DNA from: an uncultured Bacillota bacterium
GTDB lineage: Bacteria; Bacillota_I; Bacilli_A; RFN20; CAG-288
NCBI GenBank assembly: GCA_949299015.1
Contig: CASFYT010000016.1
Span: 27,066-91,065, forward strand
Direction of reading: 5' to 3'
Length of the DNA stretch: 64,000 nt
In this document: piece after piece, positions 20,492 through 29,250 of the stretch
Layout of the letters: each line of letters begins with the position of its first letter
Position numbering within the stretch: position 1 is the stretch's first letter
The notes under the pieces: model-generated
Told to the model about the DNA's origin: nothing
Databases searched by the model: none
The model's input: the letters and a program-made list of their open reading frames with translations, nothing else
Program-made: the position numbers and the translations under genes

Positions 20492-21139
20492 ATGGAAGAC
20501 AAGAAAATGCGAAACGTCATCTATCTCGACCATCCCCTTCTCCAGCACAAGATCACCATCCTGCGGGACAGGAAGACCGGCACCAACGAATTCCGGCGCC
20601 TCGTCAAGGAGGTCGCCGTCCTGGAAGGATACGAGGCCCTGCGCCATCTCAAGACGGAGCTTGTCGACGTCGAAACTCCCATCGAAGCCGCCAAGGAACC
20701 GAAGATTTCCGGAAAGAAGCTCTGCTTCGTCCCCATCCTCCGCGCCGGCCTCGGCATGGTGGAAGGCATGCTCGAGCTGGTTCCTTCCGCCAAGGTCGGC
20801 CACATCGGCCTCTACCGCGACGAAGTGACGCACGAGCCGCACGAATACTACTGCAAGCTTCCCTATAGCATCGCCGACCGCGAGATCTACGTCCTCGACC
20901 CCATGCTGGCCACGGGCGGATCGGCCTGCGACGCCGTCAAGCTCCTCAAGGAGAAGGGATGCCGAAACATCACCTTCATCTGCATCATCGCCGCCCCCGA
21001 AGGAGTCCGGAACTTCCACGACCGCTATCCCGAGATTCCGCTCTACGTCGGAGCCCTCGACCGCTGCCTGAATGAAAACGCCTACATCTGCCCCGGCTTG
21101 GGCGATGCCGGAGACCGCATCTTCGGAACGGTGAAGTGA
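20492..21139 (+). CDS. upp: Uracil phosphoribosyltransferase
   Basis: VIYLDHPLLQHKITILRD, VPILRAGLGMVEG, YVLDPMLATGGS and GLGDAGDRIFGT motifs. GAAAGGAAAGGAG RBS. Confidence 0.95.
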   Translation: MEDKKMRNVIYLDHPLLQHKITILRDRKTGTNEFRRLVKEVAVLEGYEALRHLKTELVDVETPIEAAKEPKISGKKLCFVPILRAGLGMVEGMLELVPSAKVGHIGLYRDEVTHEPHEYYCKLPYSIADREIYVLDPMLATGGSACDAVKLLKEKGCRNITFICIIAAPEGVRNFHDRYPEIPLYVGALDRCLNENAYICPGLGDAGDRIFGTVK

Positions 21140-21151
21140 CCGAAGACGACA

Positions 21152-21176
21152 GAGGGCCGCAATGCGGCCCTTTTTC
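21152..21176. terminator. Bidirectional rho-independent terminator (upp and the nuclease gene converge here)
   Basis: GGGCCGC-AAT-GCGGCCC hairpin followed by TTTTT. Confidence 0.7.
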
Positions 21177-21242
21177 GATGCATCCAACCAAGGAAAAAGG
21201 CTCCCTCCCCGTCGGAAGGAAGCCTGTGGGATTCCCGCGGTC

Positions 21243-23207
21243 CTAGTTCAGCGCACCCGGGCCGTCGTAGGCCTTGTCGTAGATCATGATCAGGAATTCC
21301 GGATGGTCGATGAAGGGGTTGCGGTTGTGCTGGTAGAGCTGGTCGCAGAGGTTGTTGCGATGGACTTCGTAGTCGTCGACCGGATCGATGCCGGAGGTGG
21401 CCCATTCGTAGAGGTCTCCGAAGTTCCCGTGCAGGCCGTCGGCGCCGGAGGTGAAGTCATAGTAGCGGCTGGTGTCGATGTCGCCCGAGACCTCCAGGTC
21501 GACTTCGCCCGATCCGCCGTCGTAGCGCGTCGCCATGTAGAAGATGATGCGGGCCACGTCTCCCTTCCACTCGTCCTGCGGTTCGAAGCCGCCACCGCCG
21601 ACGTAGTTCCCTTCCATGTCGTCCCGCGCCCAGTCATATCCCAGGATGCTCGTCTCGGCCGAGTGGGCGACCGTCTTGAAGTCATGGTTCCCACGCGTCG
21701 AATTCAGATTGTTGAAGCACATGCGGAGGTTGTGCAGGTCGGATCCCATCGGCTTCCGCTCCCCGAAGTCGCCATGGCTCTTGGCCCAGGTGTGCTCCTT
21801 GTTGAAGCTTTCCCGATTGCTCCGAGGCTCACTCTCATAGATGAAGCGGACCTTGCTGGAGTCGAAGGGATCGACGTCGATGACAGGGAGCGAATCATTG
21901 GCCGAATCGTAGCTGAAGGCTTCGTGATCGTCGATGATGTCGTGGAGTCCTTCCTTGAGGGCCAGTCCGGAGAGGCCGCGGATGGGTTCGTAATACTGGT
22001 CGATATCGACAGACTGGTTTCCGCGATCGGGGAAGAAGACCTCGTTGGCGTAGAGATAGGAATAATCGTCCGAAGAGGTCCCGCGCTCCCGGAAGGTGAC
22101 GTTCAGGACATTCGTCTCCTGCTCGATTTCGAAAGAATAAGTCCCGTTGGAGACATAGCTTCCACGGTCGCCGTTGAGGGTCATGTTCGAAAGGTAGTAG
22201 CCTTCCTCCGGAGTGGCGGTCACGACGATTTCGTCACCGACCATCCAATCGGAAGAAGGAGCGATGGACACGTTTCCCGGGCCCTCCTGCTCTACCGAAA
22301 TCGTCGCCGGGACAGGAACGACGGGGACGTCGACGAATTGGATGTCGATGCCGGAGAGGATGATACGCTGCTTCTTCGGGACATCGATCTTCAGCATCTC
22401 CGTCTTCTGTCCGCCAAAGGAGTAGGTCTTGTCGCTCTCTCCTTGGGTCAGGGAGTCTCCATCGATGGAAACCTGGACCGAAGGAGTGTCACTATGATAG
22501 GGCTCGTAGTCCAACGTGACTTCCTGCACCGTCAAGTCGGAGGGGAAACGGAAGGTGACGCTTCCGGCGTTGCTCGACGTTGCCATACGGAAGCAATCCG
22601 TGGGGAGGTCGCCATCACGATAGAGCCCAGTCGAGGACACCGACGAGACGTCGACATTCTCCAAGACCAAATTCGAAAGCGTTAAGTCAAAGGCGTTGTT
22701 TCCAATTCCAGAAAAGTGAATTGATCCGCTTTGCGCTTCTGTGACAATCTGTCTAAATTGAGCTGAGATGGTATATTCAATAGCTTCTTCGACAAGAAAC
22801 GAGTAGCTGTCGAGAATCGTTTCTCCGTTGACGCTCAAATCCTGAATTTCATATCCCGTTTCCGGAGTCGCCTGCACTTCGACGACCGTTCCGATTTCCG
22901 CCTCGTCGCCCGAGACATATTCGATCATCGAAACGCTTCCACCGACGATACCGTCCGCGATGATCAAGGTCGCCTTCTCCGGCTCGGGCGTTGACGAAGA
23001 CGAAGAAGAAGAAGAAGAGGAGGTATCGGAAGAAGAGCTGGAAGAAGAAGAAGAAGAGGAAGAATTCGAGGAGCTCGTCGAATCTCCCGTAGAGGAGAGG
23101 TCGGAAGACGTCGAAGACGAAGAAGTGAGTGAGGACAGCGAGAAAGTCTCGCAGGCCGTCAGGGTGAAGATCAGGACTGGCAGAAGAAGTGTGCTTTTTC
23201 TTTTCAT
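21243..23207 (-). CDS. Surface lipoprotein with a C-terminal endonuclease I domain
   Basis: MKRKSTLLLPVLIFTLTAC lipobox, Ser-rich linker, beta-rich middle. C-terminus carries FNKEHTWAKSHG...GSDLHNLRMCFNNLNSTRGNHDF (endonuclease I family). Confidence 0.8.
   Translation of the reverse strand: MKRKSTLLLPVLIFTLTACETFSLSSLTSSSSTSSDLSSTGDSTSSSNSSSSSSSSSSSSDTSSSSSSSSSSTPEPEKATLIIADGIVGGSVSMIEYVSGDEAEIGTVVEVQATPETGYEIQDLSVNGETILDSYSFLVEEAIEYTISAQFRQIVTEAQSGSIHFSGIGNNAFDLTLSNLVLENVDVSSVSSTGLYRDGDLPTDCFRMATSSNAGSVTFRFPSDLTVQEVTLDYEPYHSDTPSVQVSIDGDSLTQGESDKTYSFGGQKTEMLKIDVPKKQRIILSGIDIQFVDVPVVPVPATISVEQEGPGNVSIAPSSDWMVGDEIVVTATPEEGYYLSNMTLNGDRGSYVSNGTYSFEIEQETNVLNVTFRERGTSSDDYSYLYANEVFFPDRGNQSVDIDQYYEPIRGLSGLALKEGLHDIIDDHEAFSYDSANDSLPVIDVDPFDSSKVRFIYESEPRSNRESFNKEHTWAKSHGDFGERKPMGSDLHNLRMCFNNLNSTRGNHDFKTVAHSAETSILGYDWARDDMEGNYVGGGGFEPQDEWKGDVARIIFYMATRYDGGSGEVDLEVSGDIDTSRYYDFTSGADGLHGNFGDLYEWATSGIDPVDDYEVHRNNLCDQLYQHNRNPFIDHPEFLIMIYDKAYDGPGALN
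22989..23141 (-). repeat. Ser-rich low-complexity linker coding repeat (TCx/AGC runs)
   Basis: Encodes SLSSLTSSSSTSSDLSSTGDSTSSSNSSSSSSSSSSSSDTSSSSSSSSSS. Confidence 0.9.
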
Positions 23208-23297
23208 GGTCTTATCTCGTTTCTCGAAAGCCCAAAAAGGGATTCTCGTCGAGATTATAACCCAGTAAGGCAAAAATGACGATACCGATCGCTCTTT

Positions 23298-24683
23298 TTA
23301 GGCGATTTCCTTCTGATAGGCCCGCTCCGCGCGGAAAAGCTTCGTGCTCAGGCGGTCAATCTTGTCCTTGATTTCCTCGACATAGCGGCGGCTGATGTCG
23401 GCCAAGGCCTCCTCGACCTTCTGTCCCGCGTCGAGGATTGCCTTGTTCTGCTTCCGGATGAGGGCCAGGTCCTTCTCCAGGACCTCCAGAGGCTTGTCGA
23501 GATAGGTCGTCTTCAGCTCCTCGAATTCCTTGTGGAAGGCATCGAACGCCAATTCCTTGGTCGTCTTGTCCTTCTCTCTCAGCGTCAGTTCCGCAAAGCG
23601 GGTGGTCAAGGAGACGATCATGTTGAGGAAGGTCATCAGGAAGGCCGGACGGACGACGTACATGTCCGGATAGTCGGGAACCCGGAAGATGGGGATGTCG
23701 TTGGGCTTGTCCAATTCCAGGTTGGAGACCAGGACCGCGTACTTGCACTTCTTCTTCCTCCGGTTGCTGTCGAGCTGCGGATAGTAGTCGCTGTTGCTCT
23801 TGCGGTTGACCGAATCCGGATTCTCGTCCTTCATGTCCAGGCAGATGCTCGTCAGGAGTTCCTGCTCTTCCTTCTTTTCGGAAGCGTAGATGGAGAAGAG
23901 GAAGTCCGCCTTGCTGCCATGGCTTTCCGTCCCTTCCCTGACGACGGCATTGTCCTTGGTCCAACGGCAGTTCTGGAAGCCGTTCTGCATGTAGGAACGG
24001 ACTTCGCCATCGCACCACTGCTCCAGGTTCTCGCCGATCCTCTTGACATTCAAGGCGGCCTTGGCGTTCTTCAGCTGGGCGTTCTCGTTCTTCAGGCTCT
24101 CCAGCTGGTCGCGGAAATCCTGCGTGAGCTTCTCCTTCTCCTTGGCGAACTCGTTCTCCTTCTCCAGGGAAGTCTTCTCCCGAAGCGCGTCCTTCTCCTG
24201 CTGGAAGCGTTCCTCATCCTGCTTCTGCCGTTCGATCAGCTGCTGAATCCTGCTTTCCTTTTCGTCCAGCTGCTTCTGGTAGCTGATCTGAGCCTGGAGC
24301 CTTTCGTTCTTGAGATTGGCTTCTTGGGCATCTTGGAGGGACTGAAGCTTTGTTCTTGTCTCTTGATAATCTTTTTCTTTCTTCTCAAGTCGATCCGAAA
24401 TCTGCTGGATATCCTGCCGCTTCTTTTCTTCCCATTCTTGCTTCGACTTTTCGAGTCGCTTGAGAATTTCCGCTTCGTTCTTTCCTTGAAGCTCTCGTTC
24501 CTTCTGGGCGACGGCCTCCCGAATCCTCTTCTCCGTCTCCTGGTTCAGGGCCGTCTCCAAAAGATGCTGGATATGGGCAAGATCCACATTGCTGATCTGA
24601 TCGATGCGGATGACGTCGCCCTTCTTGGCGTCCTGCTCGAGCACGAGCGTATTCTTGTCCCGGACGATGACCTTGATTTCCAT
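23298..24683 (-). CDS. Coiled-coil protein, DUF2130-like
   Basis: About 200 aa of heptad-rich K/E/Q sequence, then a C-terminal block GSKADFLFSIY...ICLDMKDE...KKCKYAVLVSNLELD...MYVVRPAFLMTFLN. From memory this matches the DUF2130 family. Confidence 0.5.
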   Translation of the reverse strand: MEIKVIVRDKNTLVLEQDAKKGDVIRIDQISNVDLAHIQHLLETALNQETEKRIREAVAQKERELQGKNEAEILKRLEKSKQEWEEKKRQDIQQISDRLEKKEKDYQETRTKLQSLQDAQEANLKNERLQAQISYQKQLDEKESRIQQLIERQKQDEERFQQEKDALREKTSLEKENEFAKEKEKLTQDFRDQLESLKNENAQLKNAKAALNVKRIGENLEQWCDGEVRSYMQNGFQNCRWTKDNAVVREGTESHGSKADFLFSIYASEKKEEQELLTSICLDMKDENPDSVNRKSNSDYYPQLDSNRRKKKCKYAVLVSNLELDKPNDIPIFRVPDYPDMYVVRPAFLMTFLNMIVSLTTRFAELTLREKDKTTKELAFDAFHKEFEELKTTYLDKPLEVLEKDLALIRKQNKAILDAGQKVEEALADISRRYVEEIKDKIDRLSTKLFRAERAYQKEIA

Positions 24684-24688
24684 ATGTT

Positions 24689-24726
24689 CTTTCCTCCGAC
24701 CTTCCTATCTTACCACGGGAGGAAAG
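24689..24726 (-). promoter_or_regulatory. Hairpin that can sequester the Shine-Dalgarno sequence of the DUF2130-like gene
   Basis: Minus-strand RNA reads CUUUCCUCC-20 nt-GGAGGAAAG-AACAU-AUG. This is a perfect 9-bp stem whose 3' arm is the SD. Confidence 0.35.
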
Positions 24727-24737
24727 TCACGCCTCGC

Positions 24738-27329
24738 CTATCTTCCCAAAATCTCCTCGATGCTCTTTCGCAGGTCCTCGCGGTCGACGTCAACGACAAG
24801 GTCGTTGCTTTCAATCGTCCGGACCATCCGCTCGTTCTTCCGCTCCAGGCGCTCTATGATGCGACGATCAATCGAGCCGCCGCGGCTTGCCGCCGATTCC
24901 GTGATCGCGAAGAAGTAGTGGGTCCTCGTTCCTTCGGGGAGACCGACGCGATGGATGCGGTCCTTCGATTGCAGCAGATAGGTCAGGTTGAATCCGTACT
25001 CGAGATAGACGGCCTCGTGACAGGAGCGATGCAGAGAGACAGACTCCGCCAAGGTATTGGGATTGGTGACAAGGACCATGCACTCCCCGTCCCGGAACAG
25101 GCGGATCTTCCGGACTCTGTCCTCTTCGCTGTCGGCTCCCGTGATCGAGAGGGCGGAAATCCCACGCTCTCTCAGAGAGGAGACGACCTTTGCGATGGTA
25201 TCCAGAAATAGGCACCAGAGAAGGACCTTCCGCCCCTTCTTCGCCTCGCCCTCGACGAACTCCAAGGCACGAATCGTCTTGGAGGAAAGCGGGTGCTCCT
25301 TGGCATACCGAAGGCTCTGCGGGGAGAGACGGATATCGTCGACGGGAAAGGGCTGGTCGTCGAAGGCCTCTTTCCAGAGGAAGGGATCGACTCTCTGGGA
25401 CAGGAGGGAAAGGTTGGAGGACGCCTGGATCAGGCGGACGAAGGCCAGAAGCGGGTTCCTTGCCTGCTTCCATATCTCTTCGAAGATCCTCCGCTGCCCT
25501 TCGTCCGGATCGACGGCAAGCGTCGCCAGGTCGTCCTTCTCGGCAGGAGGAATGCCCAACTCCTTCTTGGTGACGCGGACGAAGGTCGGATAGAGGCGCT
25601 CGCGGACCTGACGGGCGAAGAGCTCGTCCGTATCGGCAGAGGAGAGATTTCCCGCCAAGAGCCGGCTGAGCATCTCCGGGTCGTTCGCGTACAGGATTTC
25701 CAGCGTGTTCTTCATGTCCAGGAAGGAATTGGGAAGCGGCGTCCCCGTCAGGGCAAGACGGAACTTGGGACTGGGATATCCCGAGACCAGCTTCTTGATC
25801 CAGGAGGCGCGGACGCCTTCCGTGCCCTTGATGCGATGGATTTCATCGAAGACCAGGAGGGTCTTGTCGGAGAGAAGGCTATGGACCTCCTCTGTCTTCT
25901 CCTCGCTGTTGAAGAACTCATAGTTGAAGAGACAAACGTCGAATCTCTGCCTCTTCAGGACGAGACGGTCCTCGAAAGGGCATTGGGACACGTCGTAGAA
26001 GGAAAGAACCCCCTTCCCAAAGAGCTTCTCTCCTTCTTCCCTCCAGGCCAGGAAGGCGTTGAGCGGAGCAAAGACGAGCAGGGAATCGGCCTGCCCCGTC
26101 GCACGAAGATAGGCGTAGAGGCCGTAGGCGATATAGGTCTTTCCCGATCCCGGGACCGAATAGTCGGCGGAACAAAGAAGGCGGTAGTGAAAATAGGCCG
26201 CCCGCATCTGGAACTCCTTCAACGGAAGAAGAAGGGAACGGGAGACGACTTCCGAGAAGCGGTCGTAGTCCTCCTTCCAGAGATCGATGTCCTCCCACTT
26301 CTTGATCTTAAGCGCCAGCTTCAGGCGTTGCTCCATTAGTTGATCGGTCTCCGCAAGAAGCTTCGCGAGGCGGTCGGAAAGACGAAACGGAACGTTCCAG
26401 CGCTCCAAGGCCTTCTGAACCTGCCGCACCAGCGCCGGGTTGAAATTTGAAAAACGATAGCCCCAATCCCCCTCCCTTTCCCCCTTCCCGTTGGAGAGGA
26501 AACCTGAAAGGGCCCGAACACAGGAGGGATGATGGGCGAAGTCGTCGACAAGAAGCATCCGCTCCCGGACCTCGGCGTCGAGATAGACCACCTGCAGCAG
26601 TTCCTGGGCCCTTCGAAATTCCCGAAAGTCCTGCTTCGAGGAGAAGCTCCTTCCACGATCGAAGGAGCGCAGGACCTGGAAGAGGCGATCCGTCGGTGCG
26701 AAGACGCGGACATAGGGGCTATAGGTTCCGTTCCAGATCTGTTCGAACCGCTGTCGAAGATCTTCCACGCGCAAGGGATCCGTCTTCTCCAGGTAGACGT
26801 CGGTCAGCTCCGAATTGTACCGAGACCCCAACAGCGTCTCGTTGGCCGATCCCTGAAATCCGACAGAGTATCCTTCCTCATCCGTAAAGATCCCGAACTT
26901 CTGATGGAAAAGCGATTCCGCCTTGTCGTTCATCATGAAGGCAATCTTGACTTCTGCAATTCCATGTCGAATCAAATATCCAAGATTGGCAATTTCATAA
27001 TCATTTTTCAATTCATCGAAATGAATTTCAATATCCTTTGCAATCTTTTCTTCTCTATCACGATAGGATTCCAGAATTCCCTCCATCTCTTCCGGCGCGA
27101 TCTTGTTGGAGAAGACGAATCGGATCCGGCCGCCGTTTGCGACGAAGGCGTGGAGTCCTTCGGCGTAGCCGGCCAAGGAAAGAGAGGAGAAATAGGCCGA
27201 CGCCCGGTCGTATCGCTGGGAGAGGGCAAGGCAGGGAAGGAAGAGCTCCTGGTTGATGTCGTGCCCCGGGACCGCAGGATCGTAGGAGATTCGGCAGGTG
27301 AAGGAAGAAAGGCCCTTTCCTTCGCTCAT
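24738..27329 (-). CDS. PLD-family (HKD) nuclease domain fused to an SNF2/SF2 helicase
   Basis: N-terminus FHQKFGIFTDEEGYSVGFQGSANET (HKD motif). Helicase motifs SVPGSGKTYIAYG (Walker A), LLVFDEIHRIKG (DExH) and LTGTPLPNS. C-terminal helicase domain ...LVTNPNTLAESVSLH...LLQSKDRIHRVGL. ATGA overlap with the upstream gene. Confidence 0.85.
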   Translation of the reverse strand: MSEGKGLSSFTCRISYDPAVPGHDINQELFLPCLALSQRYDRASAYFSSLSLAGYAEGLHAFVANGGRIRFVFSNKIAPEEMEGILESYRDREEKIAKDIEIHFDELKNDYEIANLGYLIRHGIAEVKIAFMMNDKAESLFHQKFGIFTDEEGYSVGFQGSANETLLGSRYNSELTDVYLEKTDPLRVEDLRQRFEQIWNGTYSPYVRVFAPTDRLFQVLRSFDRGRSFSSKQDFREFRRAQELLQVVYLDAEVRERMLLVDDFAHHPSCVRALSGFLSNGKGEREGDWGYRFSNFNPALVRQVQKALERWNVPFRLSDRLAKLLAETDQLMEQRLKLALKIKKWEDIDLWKEDYDRFSEVVSRSLLLPLKEFQMRAAYFHYRLLCSADYSVPGSGKTYIAYGLYAYLRATGQADSLLVFAPLNAFLAWREEGEKLFGKGVLSFYDVSQCPFEDRLVLKRQRFDVCLFNYEFFNSEEKTEEVHSLLSDKTLLVFDEIHRIKGTEGVRASWIKKLVSGYPSPKFRLALTGTPLPNSFLDMKNTLEILYANDPEMLSRLLAGNLSSADTDELFARQVRERLYPTFVRVTKKELGIPPAEKDDLATLAVDPDEGQRRIFEEIWKQARNPLLAFVRLIQASSNLSLLSQRVDPFLWKEAFDDQPFPVDDIRLSPQSLRYAKEHPLSSKTIRALEFVEGEAKKGRKVLLWCLFLDTIAKVVSSLRERGISALSITGADSEEDRVRKIRLFRDGECMVLVTNPNTLAESVSLHRSCHEAVYLEYGFNLTYLLQSKDRIHRVGLPEGTRTHYFFAITESAASRGGSIDRRIIERLERKNERMVRTIESNDLVVDVDREDLRKSIEEILGR

Positions 27330-28552
27330 TCCGGCAGGTATCCCTTGATCTTCGCCAACTCCTTCTCGATCTGTCCCAGGAGAATCTTCAGCTCCTTTCG
27401 ATTCTCCGTCGTCGTCTCCCGGATGTCCTGCCACATGATCTTCTGGCAACGTCCGAGGGCCTCCTTCATCAACGCCACCGGCTTGTTCTGGCTCGTCTCC
27501 TTCTTGGACTCGACGATGTTGTCCGAAAGGACTTCCTCGAGCTCGTTCTTCAGCACGTTCCGCTCGGCGCCGTCCTTTCCGTTGAGAAGACCTTCGCTCT
27601 CCTTGGTAAGCAGATTTCCCGTCCTCTGCAGGTAATCCTTCTCCTGAAGCTGCCTTTCCAGGCTTTCGTAGCGGGATGGGTTCTTCGCTGCCATCTCCAA
27701 GACCTCGCGGATCTGTCGGGTCTTGTCCCCCGACAGGTTGCTCAACATCGCAAAGAAATAGTCTCGATGGTTTATCCAGAAGTCATCCGTCATCTTTTTC
27801 TTCCGGTTGGCGATTTCGACGATCGGGCCATGGAGTTCTTCTTCCTTCAGGAGATAGAAGGCCTGCGGAGTCCCGCGCCATTCGAGATATTCCAACATCA
27901 GCTCGACCTGGGACTTCATCTGGGCCATCTCTTTGTCCGTCGCCCCTGAGTAGGTCTGGTACGTCCGCTCGTCGAGCGTCTTCGTCTCCTTGTTGAGGCA
28001 GAGCTTGTAGAAGGAGACGTTCTTGTCGATGGGAGAATAGTCCCTCTTCTCGTCCCTGTTCTCCTGCAGCTCCAGCTCAAGGATTGCGATTGCACGCCAG
28101 GCATCCTTGCCTTCGGGAACGTCCAGGACACAGGCCTCGAAGGTGCTGAACCGCTGTTCTCCTTTCTTCCGATAAAGTTCTCGGAGAACCGTGAAACGAC
28201 GGTTGCCATCGATGATCCTTCCGTCGGCAAGGACGACTCCGGGAACCATCTGTCCCTTCTCTTGGACATCTCGCAGGGTCTTCTCGTAGGAATCCTTCTT
28301 CTCCGCTTCCTTCACAGCCTTTCCGATGAGGTCGTTGTACCGCTCGACATCGTCCTGCTTCAAGGCGAGGATCTCCTGGCGCGAATGTCCTTCGCGAACC
28401 CGTTCCTCGTCGATGAACGTGGCGATGCGGCCGTTCCGGTCGTTGTAGTAGAGTCGATCGAGGGGAATCTCATAGGTCTCCCTGTTCTCGACCTTGTCGT
28501 TGAGACGGAGCCTCATCTCCCCCTTCCTCTTCAGTTCCTTGACGTCGATCAT
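27326..28552 (-). CDS. ParB/sulfiredoxin-fold N-terminal domain protein with a helical C-terminal region
   Basis: YEIPLDRLYYNDRNGRI ... VVLADGRIIDGNRRFTVLREL (ParB-type DGxRR motif). The remainder has no motif I recognise. ATGA overlaps at both ends. Confidence 0.55.
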   Translation of the reverse strand: MIDVKELKRKGEMRLRLNDKVENRETYEIPLDRLYYNDRNGRIATFIDEERVREGHSRQEILALKQDDVERYNDLIGKAVKEAEKKDSYEKTLRDVQEKGQMVPGVVLADGRIIDGNRRFTVLRELYRKKGEQRFSTFEACVLDVPEGKDAWRAIAILELELQENRDEKRDYSPIDKNVSFYKLCLNKETKTLDERTYQTYSGATDKEMAQMKSQVELMLEYLEWRGTPQAFYLLKEEELHGPIVEIANRKKKMTDDFWINHRDYFFAMLSNLSGDKTRQIREVLEMAAKNPSRYESLERQLQEKDYLQRTGNLLTKESEGLLNGKDGAERNVLKNELEEVLSDNIVESKKETSQNKPVALMKEALGRCQKIMWQDIRETTTENRKELKILLGQIEKELAKIKGYLPE

Positions 28553-29250
28553 GACTGAAACACCTCCTTTTCCGTGGGCGATAGGTTTTCCAGAACGATT
28601 CGGGCCAGATACTCTTTGTCCAGCCAGAAGGCCTGCTTCGTCGCCGTCGTCCTTCCTGTCCTCTTGTCGGGAACGGGCAGGCTCAGGACATCGTCCTTGT
28701 TCCGGGCGTGGGGACGGATGTGGGCGACTTGTCTCCCTTCGATGCGGAAGCAGGGGACGAAGCCCTTCTCCGAATAGACGTCTCCCTCCAGGAGCTTCCG
28801 TCGAAAGCCTTCGTAGAGATCCCGTACCGCGAGGAGATCTTCCTTCGGAAGGCGATAGAAGAAATGCGTCAGAATAATCGGCTCCTTGTTCGAAAAGGTC
28901 ACGAAGAACCAGAAATTCTGTGAAAAGTCCTCCCGGATCGGCGAGGAATCCCAGCTCTCCTGAGAGAGACGAAGGAAGTCGAAGGAGGAGAAGGACATGC
29001 TTTCCTTAGGTCTTCCCTCCTTCCCGAGGTGAATGGTCTTCAAGGAAAGGTCGGCATAGCTTTGAAGAAAGGAAAGTCCCTCCATCGGCAGGTTCTGCCG
29101 AAGATAGGTCAGAATCGCAAGATAGCTCTTCGACTTCGAGCTCGAGGGCACGCCCGTCAGCGCCTGGATTTCCCGGATGCTCTTGCCACGGATCTGTTCG
29201 GCCGCCTGAATCAAGGCCGAAAACTGACGAAGAAAGGAAATGTCGATCAT
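28549..29250 (-). CDS. MutH/Sau3AI-family endonuclease-like protein (single domain, 233 aa)
   Basis: By-eye alignment to E. coli MutH: [21 protein letters not shown] ~ [42 protein letters not shown] ~ [33 protein letters not shown] ~ [21 protein letters not shown] ~ RGFYLKKNF. Start is ATG at 29250, overlapping the methyltransferase stop. Confidence 0.55.
   Translation of the reverse strand: [233 protein letters not shown]

Noticed and set aside
18508-20868. 786-aa + strand ORF spanning the YjbR-like, GT4 and upp regions
   Set aside because: It is arginine/proline/glycine-rich nonsense that overlaps three well-supported genes on both strands. I rejected it as another GC-driven open frame. 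I applied the same reasoning to 4666..6156, 15203..17020, 15343..17172, 21162..22685, 23532..25211, 45896..47731, 56808..58034 and similar track entries.
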